IMG/VR virus record: IMGVR_UViG_3300046665_000193
Coordinates: 14,981 to 78,980 of that record
Source: a virus
Length of the DNA stretch: 64,000 nucleotides
Reading direction: 5' to 3' (one strand)
This document shows, piece by piece, positions 26,133-36,266 of the stretch. Both the position numbers and the translations under genes were made by a program. Positions within the stretch are counted from its first letter, which is position 1; each line of letters begins with the position of its first letter. A model generated the notes under the pieces. That model did no database searches. It was not told the DNA's origin and worked only from the letters and a program-made list of their open reading frames with translations.

Positions 26133-29100
26133 ATGGATGAACTCCAGCAGCAGCCTATCGTCCCTGAGGGTGACGTTGTCGTTGCACCCGAAGTCAAGGA
26201 AGAGGTTGCCAAGCCAGCCGTCGAGGCCGCTCCGTCACCGGACGCCGCGCAGCCGGTAGCCAACAGCCAGGTCGAAGCGCAGCCCATTGCGCCCGTACCT
26301 GACGATGCACTTCTCAAGGGTCTCGAGACTGCAGCGCCGTTGCCCGTGCAGGAGAAGCGGTCACCCGTCGTCTCCACCGCCGTGCAGCAGCTCACGCCTT
26401 ATCTGGGCGCGGGCAAGGACACCTCGCATCTCTCAGGGATGCAGGACGTTCTCGCTGACCGTCTCTCCCGCCTCGTGAACGAAGCCCCGCCGTCTGTGCG
26501 TGAGGGCTTCAAGATCAACTCGGGCTATCGTTCGAACGAGCGTCAGGCTCAAATCTTCAAAGAGGCCGTGGCCAAGTATGGCTCCGAGGAAGCCGCCCGC
26601 AAGTGGGCTGCACCTCCCGGCAAGTCGAACCACAATCACGGCAACGCCGCCGACATCGGCTTCCAGACCGAAGAGGCCCGCGCATACTTCCACGCCAACG
26701 CCGCTCGCTATGACCTCGCGTTCCCCATGGCGCACGAGCCGTGGCACATCGAGACTCGTGAAGCTCGCATGAAGCGTCCTGTCGTGGACGTGCCGGGCCA
26801 TATCCGGGGCTATATCGACGAAGCAGTCGAGCGTTCGGGCACGCCGCTCAACGTGATGCTCGCTATCGGTAAGCAGGAGAGCGACTTCGGTCGGAACCTC
26901 AAGAACACCTCCAGCTCCGCTAAGGGCATCTACCAGTTCATCGACGGCACATGGACGCAGATGGTGTCCAGCAGCGCTGCGATCTACGGCCTGCCGACTA
27001 CGGTCAAGGTCGATGACGAACGCGCCAACGTGCTGATGGCTGGCGAGTATATGCGCCAGAACAAGATCGCATTCGAGAAGGCACTTCAGCGCCCCCAGAA
27101 GGACGGTGAGATGTACATCTCGCACTTCATGGGCACACAGGGCGGCATCGACTTCGTGAAGGCATGGGAACAGAACCCCGGCCAGAACGCGGCGGCTGCA
27201 TTCCCGAAGGCTGCGAACGCCAACAAGACGATCTTCTACAACGACAACGGCACGCCGCGCTCGATGGCTCAGGTCTACAGCAAGCTGTCTGCGTATGTTG
27301 ACGGCAATACCGACTACAAGACCTCAACCGGCCCGGCCAACTTCGCGGCTCCTGTAGCTCCGGCCAATATGCTCCCGGCTCGTCCTGCTTCAACGCAGAA
27401 GGAGACGATGGACATGAACGAGGCCATGGCGAAGCGCGAAGCTGAGATGCCGTGGTATCAGGGCGTGGCCGATGCGGTGAGCCAGAACTCGATCACCGCC
27501 CGCATCCTGCAGCAGAACCCGCACTTCACTCCCGACAGCTCCTTTGTGCTCACGCCGCAGACGCAGCAGCAGCTCCAGAAGGACTACCAGCTCACACCGG
27601 ACATGATGCCGAGGCTGGAGAAGGCGGTGTCCGCGAACCACGCTGAATACATCGCCGCACAGGCGCAGCGTGATCAGCAGGCGCAGGAGCATCTCAGCAA
27701 CATGGGCTGGAGCGGCGCGGGCCTCTCGCTCGCAACGGCACTGCTCGATCCGGTCGCACTCGGCGTTGGCATCGGCTCTGGTGGCCTCGCGGATGTCGCG
27801 GCGGTCGCTATGGGTGCCGGTCGCGTTGGCCGTATGGCGATGCAGGCAGGCGCTGGTGCCGGGGCTAACGTCGGCCTTGAGATGGCTGAACGTGCCACGG
27901 GCGGTCCTGAGGGCCACAGCCTTCTGATGACTGCAGCCATGGGTGCAATGTTCGGCGGTGCCTACGGCCTGCTGTCTCGCAACCCGGCCACGCTGGAGGA
28001 AGCCCGTAAGCTGGCGAACCTCGGCAAGTCCATGAAGGACGATCTACAGAACGGCACCTCGCTGTCGTCTGGCAACCTTGGCGCTGCGGGTAACCCCAAC
28101 GCGACCGAAGCCTTCCTGAACGACAAGGCATTCATTGCCACGCAGGACAAGGATGTTGCCTACACGGTCAACTCCATCATGGGCGTCAAGACCGGGCGCT
28201 TCGATAGCGTCGGCCAGTTGAAGTCCGTGAAGGACCCCAACACCCGTCTCGTCGGGGGCGCACTCGGTGAGGACGCAGTCGGCAACGCAGACCACTCGCT
28301 CAACTCGTTCTCCGCAACGGAGGACATGGAGCGGATGCACCGCGCCGATCTGGCGCAGCTCAATCAGATGTGGGCTCCCGCTGCGTCGGAGTGGGCGAAG
28401 GACAATGGCTTCCGCCTCGGTCGACTTACGGGCGGCGCGGAGTTCAACGACCTCGTCACGAGCTACATCCGCAACACCGACAAGACACTGGAGTGGCACC
28501 CCGCTGTGAAGCGCTTGGGTGACCACATCGCTGCGATGAACCGCGAGAAGCTTCTCGATGCCCAGAACCCGCTACGCCGTGAAGGCATGGTAGGTCGCCC
28601 GCTCAAGGGCTGGGAAGAGATACCAGAGAACCCGAACTACATGATGCGCATCTATGACGGCTTCAAGGTCAACCAGTTGATCGACGACAGCCTCGAAAAT
28701 GCAATCGGTCAGCGAGGGCTGGAGACTTGGTTCAAGAACGCGATGCGCAAGGCGCAGACGTGGATGGACGAAGAGCTGCTCGACAAGATCGCAGTCGGCA
28801 CCGTGAAGCGCCTTCGCAATAAGGCCAACGGCATCGACGAAGCGATGAACATGATGCACTCCGGGTTCGACCTCGATCACTTGAAGTCGATCCTCGTGGA
28901 GGAGGGGATGGACGAGAAGCGCCTTGAACAGGTGCTCGGCACTGTTCGCCTCAACACGGAGCGGGGCGTAGACGCTCGCGCTCGCCATCGTATCTTGCTT
29001 GATGAGACGCACGTCGAACGTGGCTACCGTACTATCAACGGGCAGACCCGCGACATCGCACTCAGTGACTTCACCGTCACCGATGCGAAGCAGCTCAGCG

Positions 29101-30578
29101 ACATCTACTTCCGTCACATGAACGGTCGTATCGCACTGGCTCGCGTCCGCATCCAGAACCCGACCACGGGTGAGATGCTGGTGAACGGCATCACGTCGGA
29201 CACCGAGTGGGCAACGCTGCGCACCAAGCTGCGGCAGTCCATGCTCGATAGCGGCATGTCGCGAGGGGAGCTTGACAAGGCTACGGCCAACCTCGACTTC
29301 CTCTATGACCGCACTCTCGGTCGCCCTGATCCCGGCCAGAACGGGCAGTGGGCCGATTGGCTCCGTCGCGTTCGCAAGTACAACTTCGTGCGACAGGCGG
29401 GCGGCTTCGGTCTCGCGCAGCTCCCTGAAATGGCGATGATCCCGGCACAGCTCGGCGTCAAAGCGTTCATGCAGCACATGCCCGCGTTCAAGCGCATCGT
29501 CACCACCGATGGTCGGACAATCCTCAAGGATGGTCTGGCTGCTGAGTGGGAAGCGGCGTTCGGCAACGGCACTGACCGTATGCGCGGCATGCAGTTCTTC
29601 AAGAACGAAGAGCTGGGCTATCACTCGCAAGGCGCGATGGGCAAGCTCGACAACGCGCTCGACTTCGCACAGAACGCCGTCGCAGAAGCATCGGGCATGA
29701 CGACGATCAACACCATGCTGCAGCGTACCACCGCGAAGGTGATCACGCAGAAGTTCGCAGACATGGCACTCGATGCCTCCCAAATCAACATGAAGCGCAT
29801 GGCCTCCCTCGGCCTCAGCGACGCGATGCTCAAGCGCATCCTCGCCCAGACTAAGCACTTCACGAAGGAGGACGGCATCCTGTTCGACGGCAAGGTCACC
29901 AAGATGAACCTTGATAAGTGGGACGACATGGGTGCCCGTGCGGCATTCGAGAACTCCGTCTTCCGCTGGTCGCGTCGGATCATTCAAGAGAACGACATCG
30001 GCAACATGCATCGCTGGGCGAGCGGCCCTCTGTGGCAGATGCTCTTCCAGTTCCGCACCTTCTCGATCAACTCTTGGAACAAGCAGTTCATGCTGAACAT
30101 GCACATGAAGGACATGACCTCGTTCCACGTCATGACGTTCTCGCTCCTCGCTGGTGCGGGCGCGTATGCAATGCGGACACAGATCAACGCTGTTGGTCGC
30201 TCCGACCGTGAGGACTTCCTCGCGAAACGGCTGTCACCTGAGAAGCTCGCAGCCGGGGCATTCCAGAACACTGGCTGGTCCTCGCTCATCCCCATGGGCA
30301 TCGACACGGCAGGCTACCTCACGGGCAACAGCCCCGTGTTCGACGCACGAACGTCAGGCAACGCTTCGGACATCATCTTTGGATCACCCACCGTGGGCTT
30401 CATCGACGACATCTCCAAGGCTGCGAAGGGCGTTGTGCAGCCGATGAAGGATGGCCGCGAACGATCTCAGTTTGAGTATCGCAACATCGCAGCGGTCGCG
30501 CCTCTCAAGAACTGGGCACCATGGCAAGGGCTTCTGTCCTCCATGATCTCCGGTGCCCCTGAAAGGCCCCCGCGCTAA
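26133..30578 (+). CDS. Internal virion protein (gp16-like) with M15 peptidase and lytic transglycosylase domains
   Basis: SGYRS..AAPPGKSNHNHGNAADI..EPWH (M15/VanY type); IGKQESDF..SAKGIYQF (SLT); 1481 aa. Confidence 0.88.
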   Translation: MDELQQQPIVPEGDVVVAPEVKEEVAKPAVEAAPSPDAAQPVANSQVEAQPIAPVPDDALLKGLETAAPLPVQEKRSPVVSTAVQQLTPYLGAGKDTSHLSGMQDVLADRLSRLVNEAPPSVREGFKINSGYRSNERQAQIFKEAVAKYGSEEAARKWAAPPGKSNHNHGNAADIGFQTEEARAYFHANAARYDLAFPMAHEPWHIETREARMKRPVVDVPGHIRGYIDEAVERSGTPLNVMLAIGKQESDFGRNLKNTSSSAKGIYQFIDGTWTQMVSSSAAIYGLPTTVKVDDERANVLMAGEYMRQNKIAFEKALQRPQKDGEMYISHFMGTQGGIDFVKAWEQNPGQNAAAAFPKAANANKTIFYNDNGTPRSMAQVYSKLSAYVDGNTDYKTSTGPANFAAPVAPANMLPARPASTQKETMDMNEAMAKREAEMPWYQGVADAVSQNSITARILQQNPHFTPDSSFVLTPQTQQQLQKDYQLTPDMMPRLEKAVSANHAEYIAAQAQRDQQAQEHLSNMGWSGAGLSLATALLDPVALGVGIGSGGLADVAAVAMGAGRVGRMAMQAGAGAGANVGLEMAERATGGPEGHSLLMTAAMGAMFGGAYGLLSRNPATLEEARKLANLGKSMKDDLQNGTSLSSGNLGAAGNPNATEAFLNDKAFIATQDKDVAYTVNSIMGVKTGRFDSVGQLKSVKDPNTRLVGGALGEDAVGNADHSLNSFSATEDMERMHRADLAQLNQMWAPAASEWAKDNGFRLGRLTGGAEFNDLVTSYIRNTDKTLEWHPAVKRLGDHIAAMNREKLLDAQNPLRREGMVGRPLKGWEEIPENPNYMMRIYDGFKVNQLIDDSLENAIGQRGLETWFKNAMRKAQTWMDEELLDKIAVGTVKRLRNKANGIDEAMNMMHSGFDLDHLKSILVEEGMDEKRLEQVLGTVRLNTERGVDARARHRILLDETHVERGYRTINGQTRDIALSDFTVTDAKQLSDIYFRHMNGRIALARVRIQNPTTGEMLVNGITSDTEWATLRTKLRQSMLDSGMSRGELDKATANLDFLYDRTLGRPDPGQNGQWADWLRRVRKYNFVRQAGGFGLAQLPEMAMIPAQLGVKAFMQHMPAFKRIVTTDGRTILKDGLAAEWEAAFGNGTDRMRGMQFFKNEELGYHSQGAMGKLDNALDFAQNAVAEASGMTTINTMLQRTTAKVITQKFADMALDASQINMKRMASLGLSDAMLKRILAQTKHFTKEDGILFDGKVTKMNLDKWDDMGARAAFENSVFRWSRRIIQENDIGNMHRWASGPLWQMLFQFRTFSINSWNKQFMLNMHMKDMTSFHVMTFSLLAGAGAYAMRTQINAVGRSDREDFLAKRLSPEKLAAGAFQNTGWSSLIPMGIDTAGYLTGNSPVFDARTSGNASDIIFGSPTVGFIDDISKAAKGVVQPMKDGRERSQFEYRNIAAVAPLKNWAPWQGLLSSMISGAPERPPR

Positions 30579-30595
30579 CACACATGTGGGGAGGG

Positions 30596-30613
30596 TTAGG
30601 TTGTACGCCTACC
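30596..30613 (+). promoter_or_regulatory. Candidate phage RNAP promoter upstream of tail fibre
   Basis: TTAGGTTGTACGCCTACC inside GGGAGGG/CCCTCCC hairpin. Confidence 0.5.
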
Positions 30614-30638
30614 CTCCCTGCTCAACATTGAAAGAGAT

Positions 30639-31979
30639 ATGGCAAGCTACGTCTTCTATCCGGGGGATGGAACTCAGACCGACTGGTCCGTTCCGTTTCC
30701 CTACCTCTCGACCGACCACGTCTATGTCTCAGTAGCGGGCGTCGAGCAAACGATCACTTGGTTGAACTCCGCACTCATCCGCATCACCCCGGCAGCTCCC
30801 GCTGGCACGGCTCTGCTCTTGCAGCGTGTGACCCAGAAGACGCCGATGACTGTGTTCGAGAACACCAACAACCTTACCGCTGAGAACCTGACCCTCGCCG
30901 AGACGCAGGCGCTGTTCATCGCGGAGGAGGCCAGCGACCGCGCTGCGCTCTCTATCGCCATCGACAATGCGACCGGGCAGTACAACTTCCAAGGTCGTCG
31001 AGCCATCAATGTCGCCGACCCTGTCGATGCACAGGATGCGGTGACGAAGAACTGGGCCGAGACCGGCATGTCGTCGCAGCTCACGCAGGCGACCTCTCAG
31101 AAGGATCAGGCTGTAACTGCCCGCATAGCGGCTGAGGCTGCTCGCGATCTGGCGATCTCCAAGGCTGCTGCCACGGCGGCGGACTCACTGACGACTGCTG
31201 CTGATCGTGTCCAGACCGGACTGGATCGTGTGGCTACCGCTGCTGATCGCGTACAGACCGGCGCAGATCGCGTTGCGACCGGACAGGACCGTTCGACCGT
31301 TGCAGCCGACAAGGCCACTGTAGCTGCCGATAAGGCGACTGTAGCTGCCGATAAGGGCACCGTGGCTTCAGACCGGATCACCGTGGCGACGGACAAGGCG
31401 ACCACGCAGAACTATCGCGACACCGCGAAGACGCATCAGGACAACGCTGCGGCCTCCGCTGCTGCGGCTGCTGCCTCCGCTGCGTCAGTTGATGGTCCGA
31501 ACCTCCTTACGAAGTCTGGCAACCTTACGGGCCTTGCTGACAAGGCGGCGTCTCGGACCAACCTCGGCCTCGGCGGTTCTGCCGTCAAGGATGTGGCAAC
31601 GGCTGCGGAGCTGCGCTCGAACACCAACACTGGCGTCGTCTCTGTCGATAAGGCGTGGGATGCTGCTGCGTGGGTGCCGCTTGGCAATATCACGGGTGCT
31701 GTGACCATCGACGCCAGCACTGGCGCTCGCTTTCGCGCCACGCTTGTAGGCAACGTCACCATTGACGTGAGCAATCTGAAGGATGGTGCGCCATTCGAGC
31801 TGGCCTTCCTGCAGGATGCCACAGGTGGCCGCACGGTTAGTTGGAATGCGAAGTTCAAGTGGCCCAGCGCTGCCGCTCCTGAGGTGGCAACTACCGCCAG
31901 TGGCTACGCTGTCATCGTGACGAGTGTAGGCGCTTGGAACGGAGACATCATCGCGGCGGGTTGGAAGGTGACAGCGTAA
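30639..31979 (+). CDS. Tail fibre protein (T7 gp17-type N-terminal anchor)
   Basis: GDG....VPFPYL...V.V, L.RVT, QALFIAEEA; heptad repeats. Confidence 0.9.
   Translation: MASYVFYPGDGTQTDWSVPFPYLSTDHVYVSVAGVEQTITWLNSALIRITPAAPAGTALLLQRVTQKTPMTVFENTNNLTAENLTLAETQALFIAEEASDRAALSIAIDNATGQYNFQGRRAINVADPVDAQDAVTKNWAETGMSSQLTQATSQKDQAVTARIAAEAARDLAISKAAATAADSLTTAADRVQTGLDRVATAADRVQTGADRVATGQDRSTVAADKATVAADKATVAADKGTVASDRITVATDKATTQNYRDTAKTHQDNAAASAAAAAASAASVDGPNLLTKSGNLTGLADKAASRTNLGLGGSAVKDVATAAELRSNTNTGVVSVDKAWDAAAWVPLGNITGAVTIDASTGARFRATLVGNVTIDVSNLKDGAPFELAFLQDATGGRTVSWNAKFKWPSAAAPEVATTASGYAVIVTSVGAWNGDIIAAGWKVTA
31192..31403 (+). repeat. 21-bp / 7-aa coiled-coil repeats (TVAADKA / TAADRVQ) in tail fibre
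   Basis: About ten heptads; near-exact tandem ACTGTAGCTGCCGATAAGG at 31317-31358. Confidence 0.85.
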
Positions 31980-32926
31980 TGCTGTTCCCATTCCTGAAGT
32001 CGCGCATCGGCGGCGCTGACATCGACATGATGCCGAACCCGTTCTCGTTCCCGACCGTAGCAGGTCAGGCACCGAACGTGCTGGTCGCATCTTCCGTCGT
32101 GCAGATCACGGGGATCAGCGTGCCTGTTCCCGTCAGTGTTAGTGCGGGCCAATTCCGCATCCTCGACGCCACGCAGACGATAGTCATTCAAGACTGGGCC
32201 ACGTTCGGCATCATCAAGAAGGGGCAGTGCGTCCACCTTCGCATCACCTCGTCGAATGCCTTCAGCGGCACGGTCAGCATGACTGCCTACGTCGGTAAAG
32301 GTAGTGCGACTTGGTCCGTCACGACGGTCGCCGTTTCTGGTGGCTCCGCTGGCTGGGGCACTCCTGGGCAGTATGCCGTCGTGATCCCGTACCACAACTC
32401 GTTCAACTTCGATGTCTACGGAGCCGGTGCAGGAGCGGGAGGCTTCATCGGGTTGTCCGATGGCCCGAGCTATAACGCCGGCGCCGCCGGAAATGGCGGC
32501 GGCTACTCGCAGATTTATGACGAGGAAACCGGCGGCGGGAAGGTGAACGTCATCGGCTGGACGGGCGGGGGCGGTCCCGGTCAATACTTCAATGGCGGGG
32601 GCTTTGTCGTCGATGGCAACGGAGCGGCTGGTGGAGCGCAGGGCGGCGACGGAAACGTGCCGGGCGGTGGTGCCGGTGGCGGCGGGGCGGGCTACTCCTA
32701 CTGGAGCTACAATCCGGGACAGCCTTTCTGGGGCAGTGCTGGTGGCCCCGGCGGTCGCGCTTATCGGAGCATCGGGCGCGGCCTTCTTACGCCCGGCACC
32801 CGCCTGATCATCAACGTTGGAGCCGCAGGCGGTCGTGGCGGCAATGGTTACAACCCGTATGGCGATCCTTTGTACGCCTACGGCGGCGAAGCCGGTAACG
32901 GCGCCTGTTACATTTCATGGGGTTAA
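31979..32926 (+). CDS. Glycine-rich tail-associated protein
   Basis: TAATG-coupled to fibre; Gly-rich C-terminal half. Confidence 0.7.
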   Translation: MLFPFLKSRIGGADIDMMPNPFSFPTVAGQAPNVLVASSVVQITGISVPVPVSVSAGQFRILDATQTIVIQDWATFGIIKKGQCVHLRITSSNAFSGTVSMTAYVGKGSATWSVTTVAVSGGSAGWGTPGQYAVVIPYHNSFNFDVYGAGAGAGGFIGLSDGPSYNAGAAGNGGGYSQIYDEETGGGKVNVIGWTGGGGPGQYFNGGGFVVDGNGAAGGAQGGDGNVPGGGAGGGGAGYSYWSYNPGQPFWGSAGGPGGRAYRSIGRGLLTPGTRLIINVGAAGGRGGNGYNPYGDPLYAYGGEAGNGACYISWG

Positions 32927-32928
32927 CA

Positions 32929-33417
32929 ATGCAATATGTAGTTCAAGAAACTACTCCCGGTGCATTCGTCGAAGTACAGTTCGGCGAAAGCATCTCTATT
33001 GGCGAAGTGCTACATCCGTGGCAGATCACCGAACTATGGGCTGACGCGGAGCTGGAGGCCATTGGCGTCTTCCGCGTTGACCCTGCTGTACCACCGAATG
33101 AGAACGCAGTGGTCATCGACTACTCGTTCAGTCGTGTGGAAGGGAAGGTCGTTCAGCTTCTCAATCTCGAATTTCGAGACCCACCGCCGCTCAAGGTTTC
33201 ACCTCGGCAGCTTCGCCTCGCAATGAACGAGCTAGGGCTCCGCGACGAGATCGAAGAGTATGTGGCCTCACAGTCTCGCGACGTGAAGGATAGCTGGCAA
33301 TACTCCACGGAGTTCTACGCCACGCATCCCTTCGTTCAGGGCGCGAAGGAGCAGCTCAACAAATCGGACGAGGAGCTGGCGTTTCTGTTCGCCACCGCTT
33401 CCATGATCCCGACGTGA
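32929..33417 (+). CDS. Tail-fibre-associated / assembly protein
   Basis: VSPRQLRLA...W.Y..EF...HP...LF pattern common after fibre genes. Confidence 0.6.
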   Translation: MQYVVQETTPGAFVEVQFGESISIGEVLHPWQITELWADAELEAIGVFRVDPAVPPNENAVVIDYSFSRVEGKVVQLLNLEFRDPPPLKVSPRQLRLAMNELGLRDEIEEYVASQSRDVKDSWQYSTEFYATHPFVQGAKEQLNKSDEELAFLFATASMIPT

Positions 33418-33593
33418 ACCTTGAGAACGTAACGAACGGGACGGCAGTAGGCGCTGTCACCAGCTACTTCTGGCTCCCGACGTTTCACTCACTCTCGGCG
33501 GCGTGCGCTGAGATCGTGCCGGTCCTCGGTGCCCTTTGGCTCCTGATCCAGATCGGCTTCAAGTTCTATGATCGGTACAGCGGCAAGCCGTGA
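33414..33593 (+). CDS. Small holin-like protein (59 aa, gp17.5 position)
   Basis: MNLENVTNGTAVGAVTSYFWLP...LGALWLLIQIGFK; GTGA overlaps at both ends; missing from ORF track. Confidence 0.65.
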   Translation: MNLENVTNGTAVGAVTSYFWLPTFHSLSAACAEIVPVLGALWLLIQIGFKFYDRYSGKP

Positions 33594-34015
33594 TCCGTAT
33601 TCGTAAGGTGGACGGTCGCAAGCACTCTCGTGTTCTTTGCGATCTCCACGATGCGACATTCGAGGGCACCGCACCCGCCGTTGATACATCCGAGGGCTAC
33701 TGGTGGCTCGCGTATGACGAGGGCGTTCCGGTCGGCTTCTCAGGCGTCATCCAGTCCACGCTGGCTGATGGCGTACTATACTTCAAGCGCGTTGGTGTTC
33801 TCGCATCACATCGCGGGCAGGGGCTCCAAGCGAAGCTCCTCCGTGCGTGTGAACTCTGGGCCAAGCGTGAAGGCTGGGACAGGATCATCAGCGACACGAC
33901 GTTCGACAACATCGCATCCGCAAACTCATTCATCCGTGCAGGCTACCGGCTATTCGAGCCGCCCAATCGCTGGGCGTTCAAGACCGGGCTGTACTGGAGC
34001 AAGGACATCACATGA
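33590..34015 (+). CDS. GNAT family acetyltransferase
   Basis: V...HRGQGLQ.KLL acetyl-CoA motif, N..S...F..AGY. Confidence 0.85.
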   Translation: MIRIRKVDGRKHSRVLCDLHDATFEGTAPAVDTSEGYWWLAYDEGVPVGFSGVIQSTLADGVLYFKRVGVLASHRGQGLQAKLLRACELWAKREGWDRIISDTTFDNIASANSFIRAGYRLFEPPNRWAFKTGLYWSKDIT

Positions 34016-34242
34016 GCAATCAGGGCAAGGCATCGCAGGAGGTCATGGAAATTCTCCACGGCATCCTCGCCACGTCGCTCGCCGACAAGATCAAGGACGG
34101 TACGGCCACTGCGGCTGACCTCTCGGTCGCTCGCCAGTTCCTCAAGGACAACGGCATCGACAGCATCCCAACCAAGGGCAACGGCATCGGCAAACTTGCC
34201 GAGCAGCTCCCATTCCAAGACACGGAAGACGAAGACGAATGA
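34012..34242 (+). CDS. Terminase small subunit (gp18-like)
   Basis: ATAADLSVARQFLKDNGI, LPF. Confidence 0.88.
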   Translation: MSNQGKASQEVMEILHGILATSLADKIKDGTATAADLSVARQFLKDNGIDSIPTKGNGIGKLAEQLPFQDTEDEDE

Positions 34243-34505
34243 TGACATTCAGTCAGGCACTACACTTCATCAAGCTGGGCCATCGCGTTGCCCGCTCGGG
34301 TTGGAACGGGAAGGGCATGTTCCTCTTCCTCGTCAACGGCTCGACCTTCACGGTCAACCGCCCGCCGCTCCTCGGCATCTACCCCGAGGGCACTGAGGTG
34401 AAGTATCACGCCCACATCGACATGAAGACTGCGCAGGGCGACGTGGTGCCTTGGGTGGCGTCCCAATCAGATCTTCTGAGCAACGACTGGGCGCTCGTTG
34501 ACTAA
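34239..34505 (+). CDS. tad2: DUF2829 / Tad2-like anti-defence sponge protein
   Basis: F..AL...K.G.RVAR.GWNGKGMF ... W.ASQ.D.L..DW family signature. Confidence 0.8.
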   Translation: MMTFSQALHFIKLGHRVARSGWNGKGMFLFLVNGSTFTVNRPPLLGIYPEGTEVKYHAHIDMKTAQGDVVPWVASQSDLLSNDWALVD

Positions 34506-36249
34506 GTCGACTAAGGCCCACCTTAAGGGGACGACCAGCCTCACTAACGCTGATCCCCTTAAGGCGGACTTCCGCAACTTCCTTTGGATGGTCTGGAAGC
34601 ATCTCAATCTTCCTGAGCCCACACCAGTCCAGTATGACATCGCCAAGTTCCTGCAGCACGGCCCGCGCCGCTGCGTCATCGAAGCCTTCCGGGGCGTCGG
34701 CAAGAGCTGGGTGACCTCGGCATTCGTATGTTGGTTGCTGTATTGCGACCCGCAGCTCAAGATCATGGTCGTCTCCGCGAGCAAGACCCGCGCTGATGAC
34801 TTCTCCACATTCACTCTGCGGCTGATCAACGATATCGAGCTGCTGCACTTCCTGCGCCCGCAGGCTGACCAGCGCAACTCCAAGATCGCGTTCGACGTTG
34901 GCCCGGCCCAGCCAGACCACTCGCCCTCGGTGAAGTCGGTCGGCATCACCGGCCAGCTCACGGGCTCCCGCGCCAACTACATCATCGCCGACGATATCGA
35001 GGTGGTGAACAACTCAGCGACACAGGCCCTCCGCGATAAGCTGAGCGAGCTGGTCAAAGAGTTCGACGCTGTGCTCAAGCCGGGCGGTCGCGTGATCTAC
35101 CTCGGCACTCCTCAGTGCGAGCAGTCGCTCTACAACTCGCTTCCCGAACGCGGCTACGTCGTCCGCATCTGGCCCGCTCGTTATCCGACGCCCGATAAGC
35201 GGGACAAGTACGGTGCCAAGCTCGCGCCCTTCATCAGCAACAAGCTGGACATGGACGAGACGCTGGCGTGGCAACCCACGGACCCGATCCGGTTCGACGA
35301 CGAAGACCTCACCGAGCGAGAGTTGTCCTACGGGCGCTCTGGCTTTGCCCTCCAGTTCCAACTCGACACGAGCCTCTCAGATGCGGATCGATATCCTCTT
35401 CGCTTGCGCGATCTTGTTGTTCTCAGCCTTGATCCTCTACGCGCACCTTCGGACCTCGCGTGGGCCTCAGGGCCGGACCAGCTCTTCAGTGAAGTCCCTG
35501 CTGTCGGACTTAACGGCGATCATTATTACCGTCCGATCTTCGTAAGTAAGGACTATCTGGAATACGAAGGCTCCGTCATGTTCGTCGATCCCTCGGGACG
35601 CGGCAAGGACGAGACCACCTACGCTGTCGTGAAGATGCTCCATGGGCGTCTGTTCCTCACGGACATCGGGGCGTTCCTCGGCGGCTACGACGACAAGACC
35701 CTCGGCGACATCTGCATGGCCGCGCGTCGGCAGCACGTCAATCTGATCCTGTGCGAGCCCAACTACGGCGGCGGCATGTTCACCCAGCTCCTCTCGGCCA
35801 AGGCCCAACAGGTCTACCCGGTCGAGGTGAAGGACGCTGAATGGGCCAAGGTCCAGAAGGAAGCCCGGATCATCGACACGCTGGAGCCGATCATGAACCA
35901 GCACCGGCTCATCGTCTGCCCGAGTGTCATCCAGAAGGACTACAACTCCACCGAGTCTTACACGGCAGATAGCCAGCAGGCATATCGGCTGTTCTATCAG
36001 ATGACCCGGATCACCCGTGACAGGGGCGCTCTGAAGCACGACGACAGGCTGGACGCGGTCGCTGGTGCGGTGGCGCACTGGACCGAGTACATGAACCGCG
36101 ACAGCGAGAAGGCGCACCTGACGGCTCGTGAGGCCGCTGTGGACGCCGAGCTGCAGAAGTTCATGGATCAGGTCATCGGGCGGGACCGCTTCAACACCGG
36201 CACCGAGGACCGCTTCGCCAGCTCAATCATGAGTGGAAGGCGACGCTGA
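34498..36249 (+). CDS. Terminase large subunit (gp19-like)
   Basis: AFRGVGKS, IIADDIE, LGTPQ, DPSGRGKDET, HDDRLDA. Confidence 0.97.
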   Translation: MTKSTKAHLKGTTSLTNADPLKADFRNFLWMVWKHLNLPEPTPVQYDIAKFLQHGPRRCVIEAFRGVGKSWVTSAFVCWLLYCDPQLKIMVVSASKTRADDFSTFTLRLINDIELLHFLRPQADQRNSKIAFDVGPAQPDHSPSVKSVGITGQLTGSRANYIIADDIEVVNNSATQALRDKLSELVKEFDAVLKPGGRVIYLGTPQCEQSLYNSLPERGYVVRIWPARYPTPDKRDKYGAKLAPFISNKLDMDETLAWQPTDPIRFDDEDLTERELSYGRSGFALQFQLDTSLSDADRYPLRLRDLVVLSLDPLRAPSDLAWASGPDQLFSEVPAVGLNGDHYYRPIFVSKDYLEYEGSVMFVDPSGRGKDETTYAVVKMLHGRLFLTDIGAFLGGYDDKTLGDICMAARRQHVNLILCEPNYGGGMFTQLLSAKAQQVYPVEVKDAEWAKVQKEARIIDTLEPIMNQHRLIVCPSVIQKDYNSTESYTADSQQAYRLFYQMTRITRDRGALKHDDRLDAVAGAVAHWTEYMNRDSEKAHLTAREAAVDAELQKFMDQVIGRDRFNTGTEDRFASSIMSGRRR

Positions 36250-36266
36250 CGTTGCAACTTCCCCGA

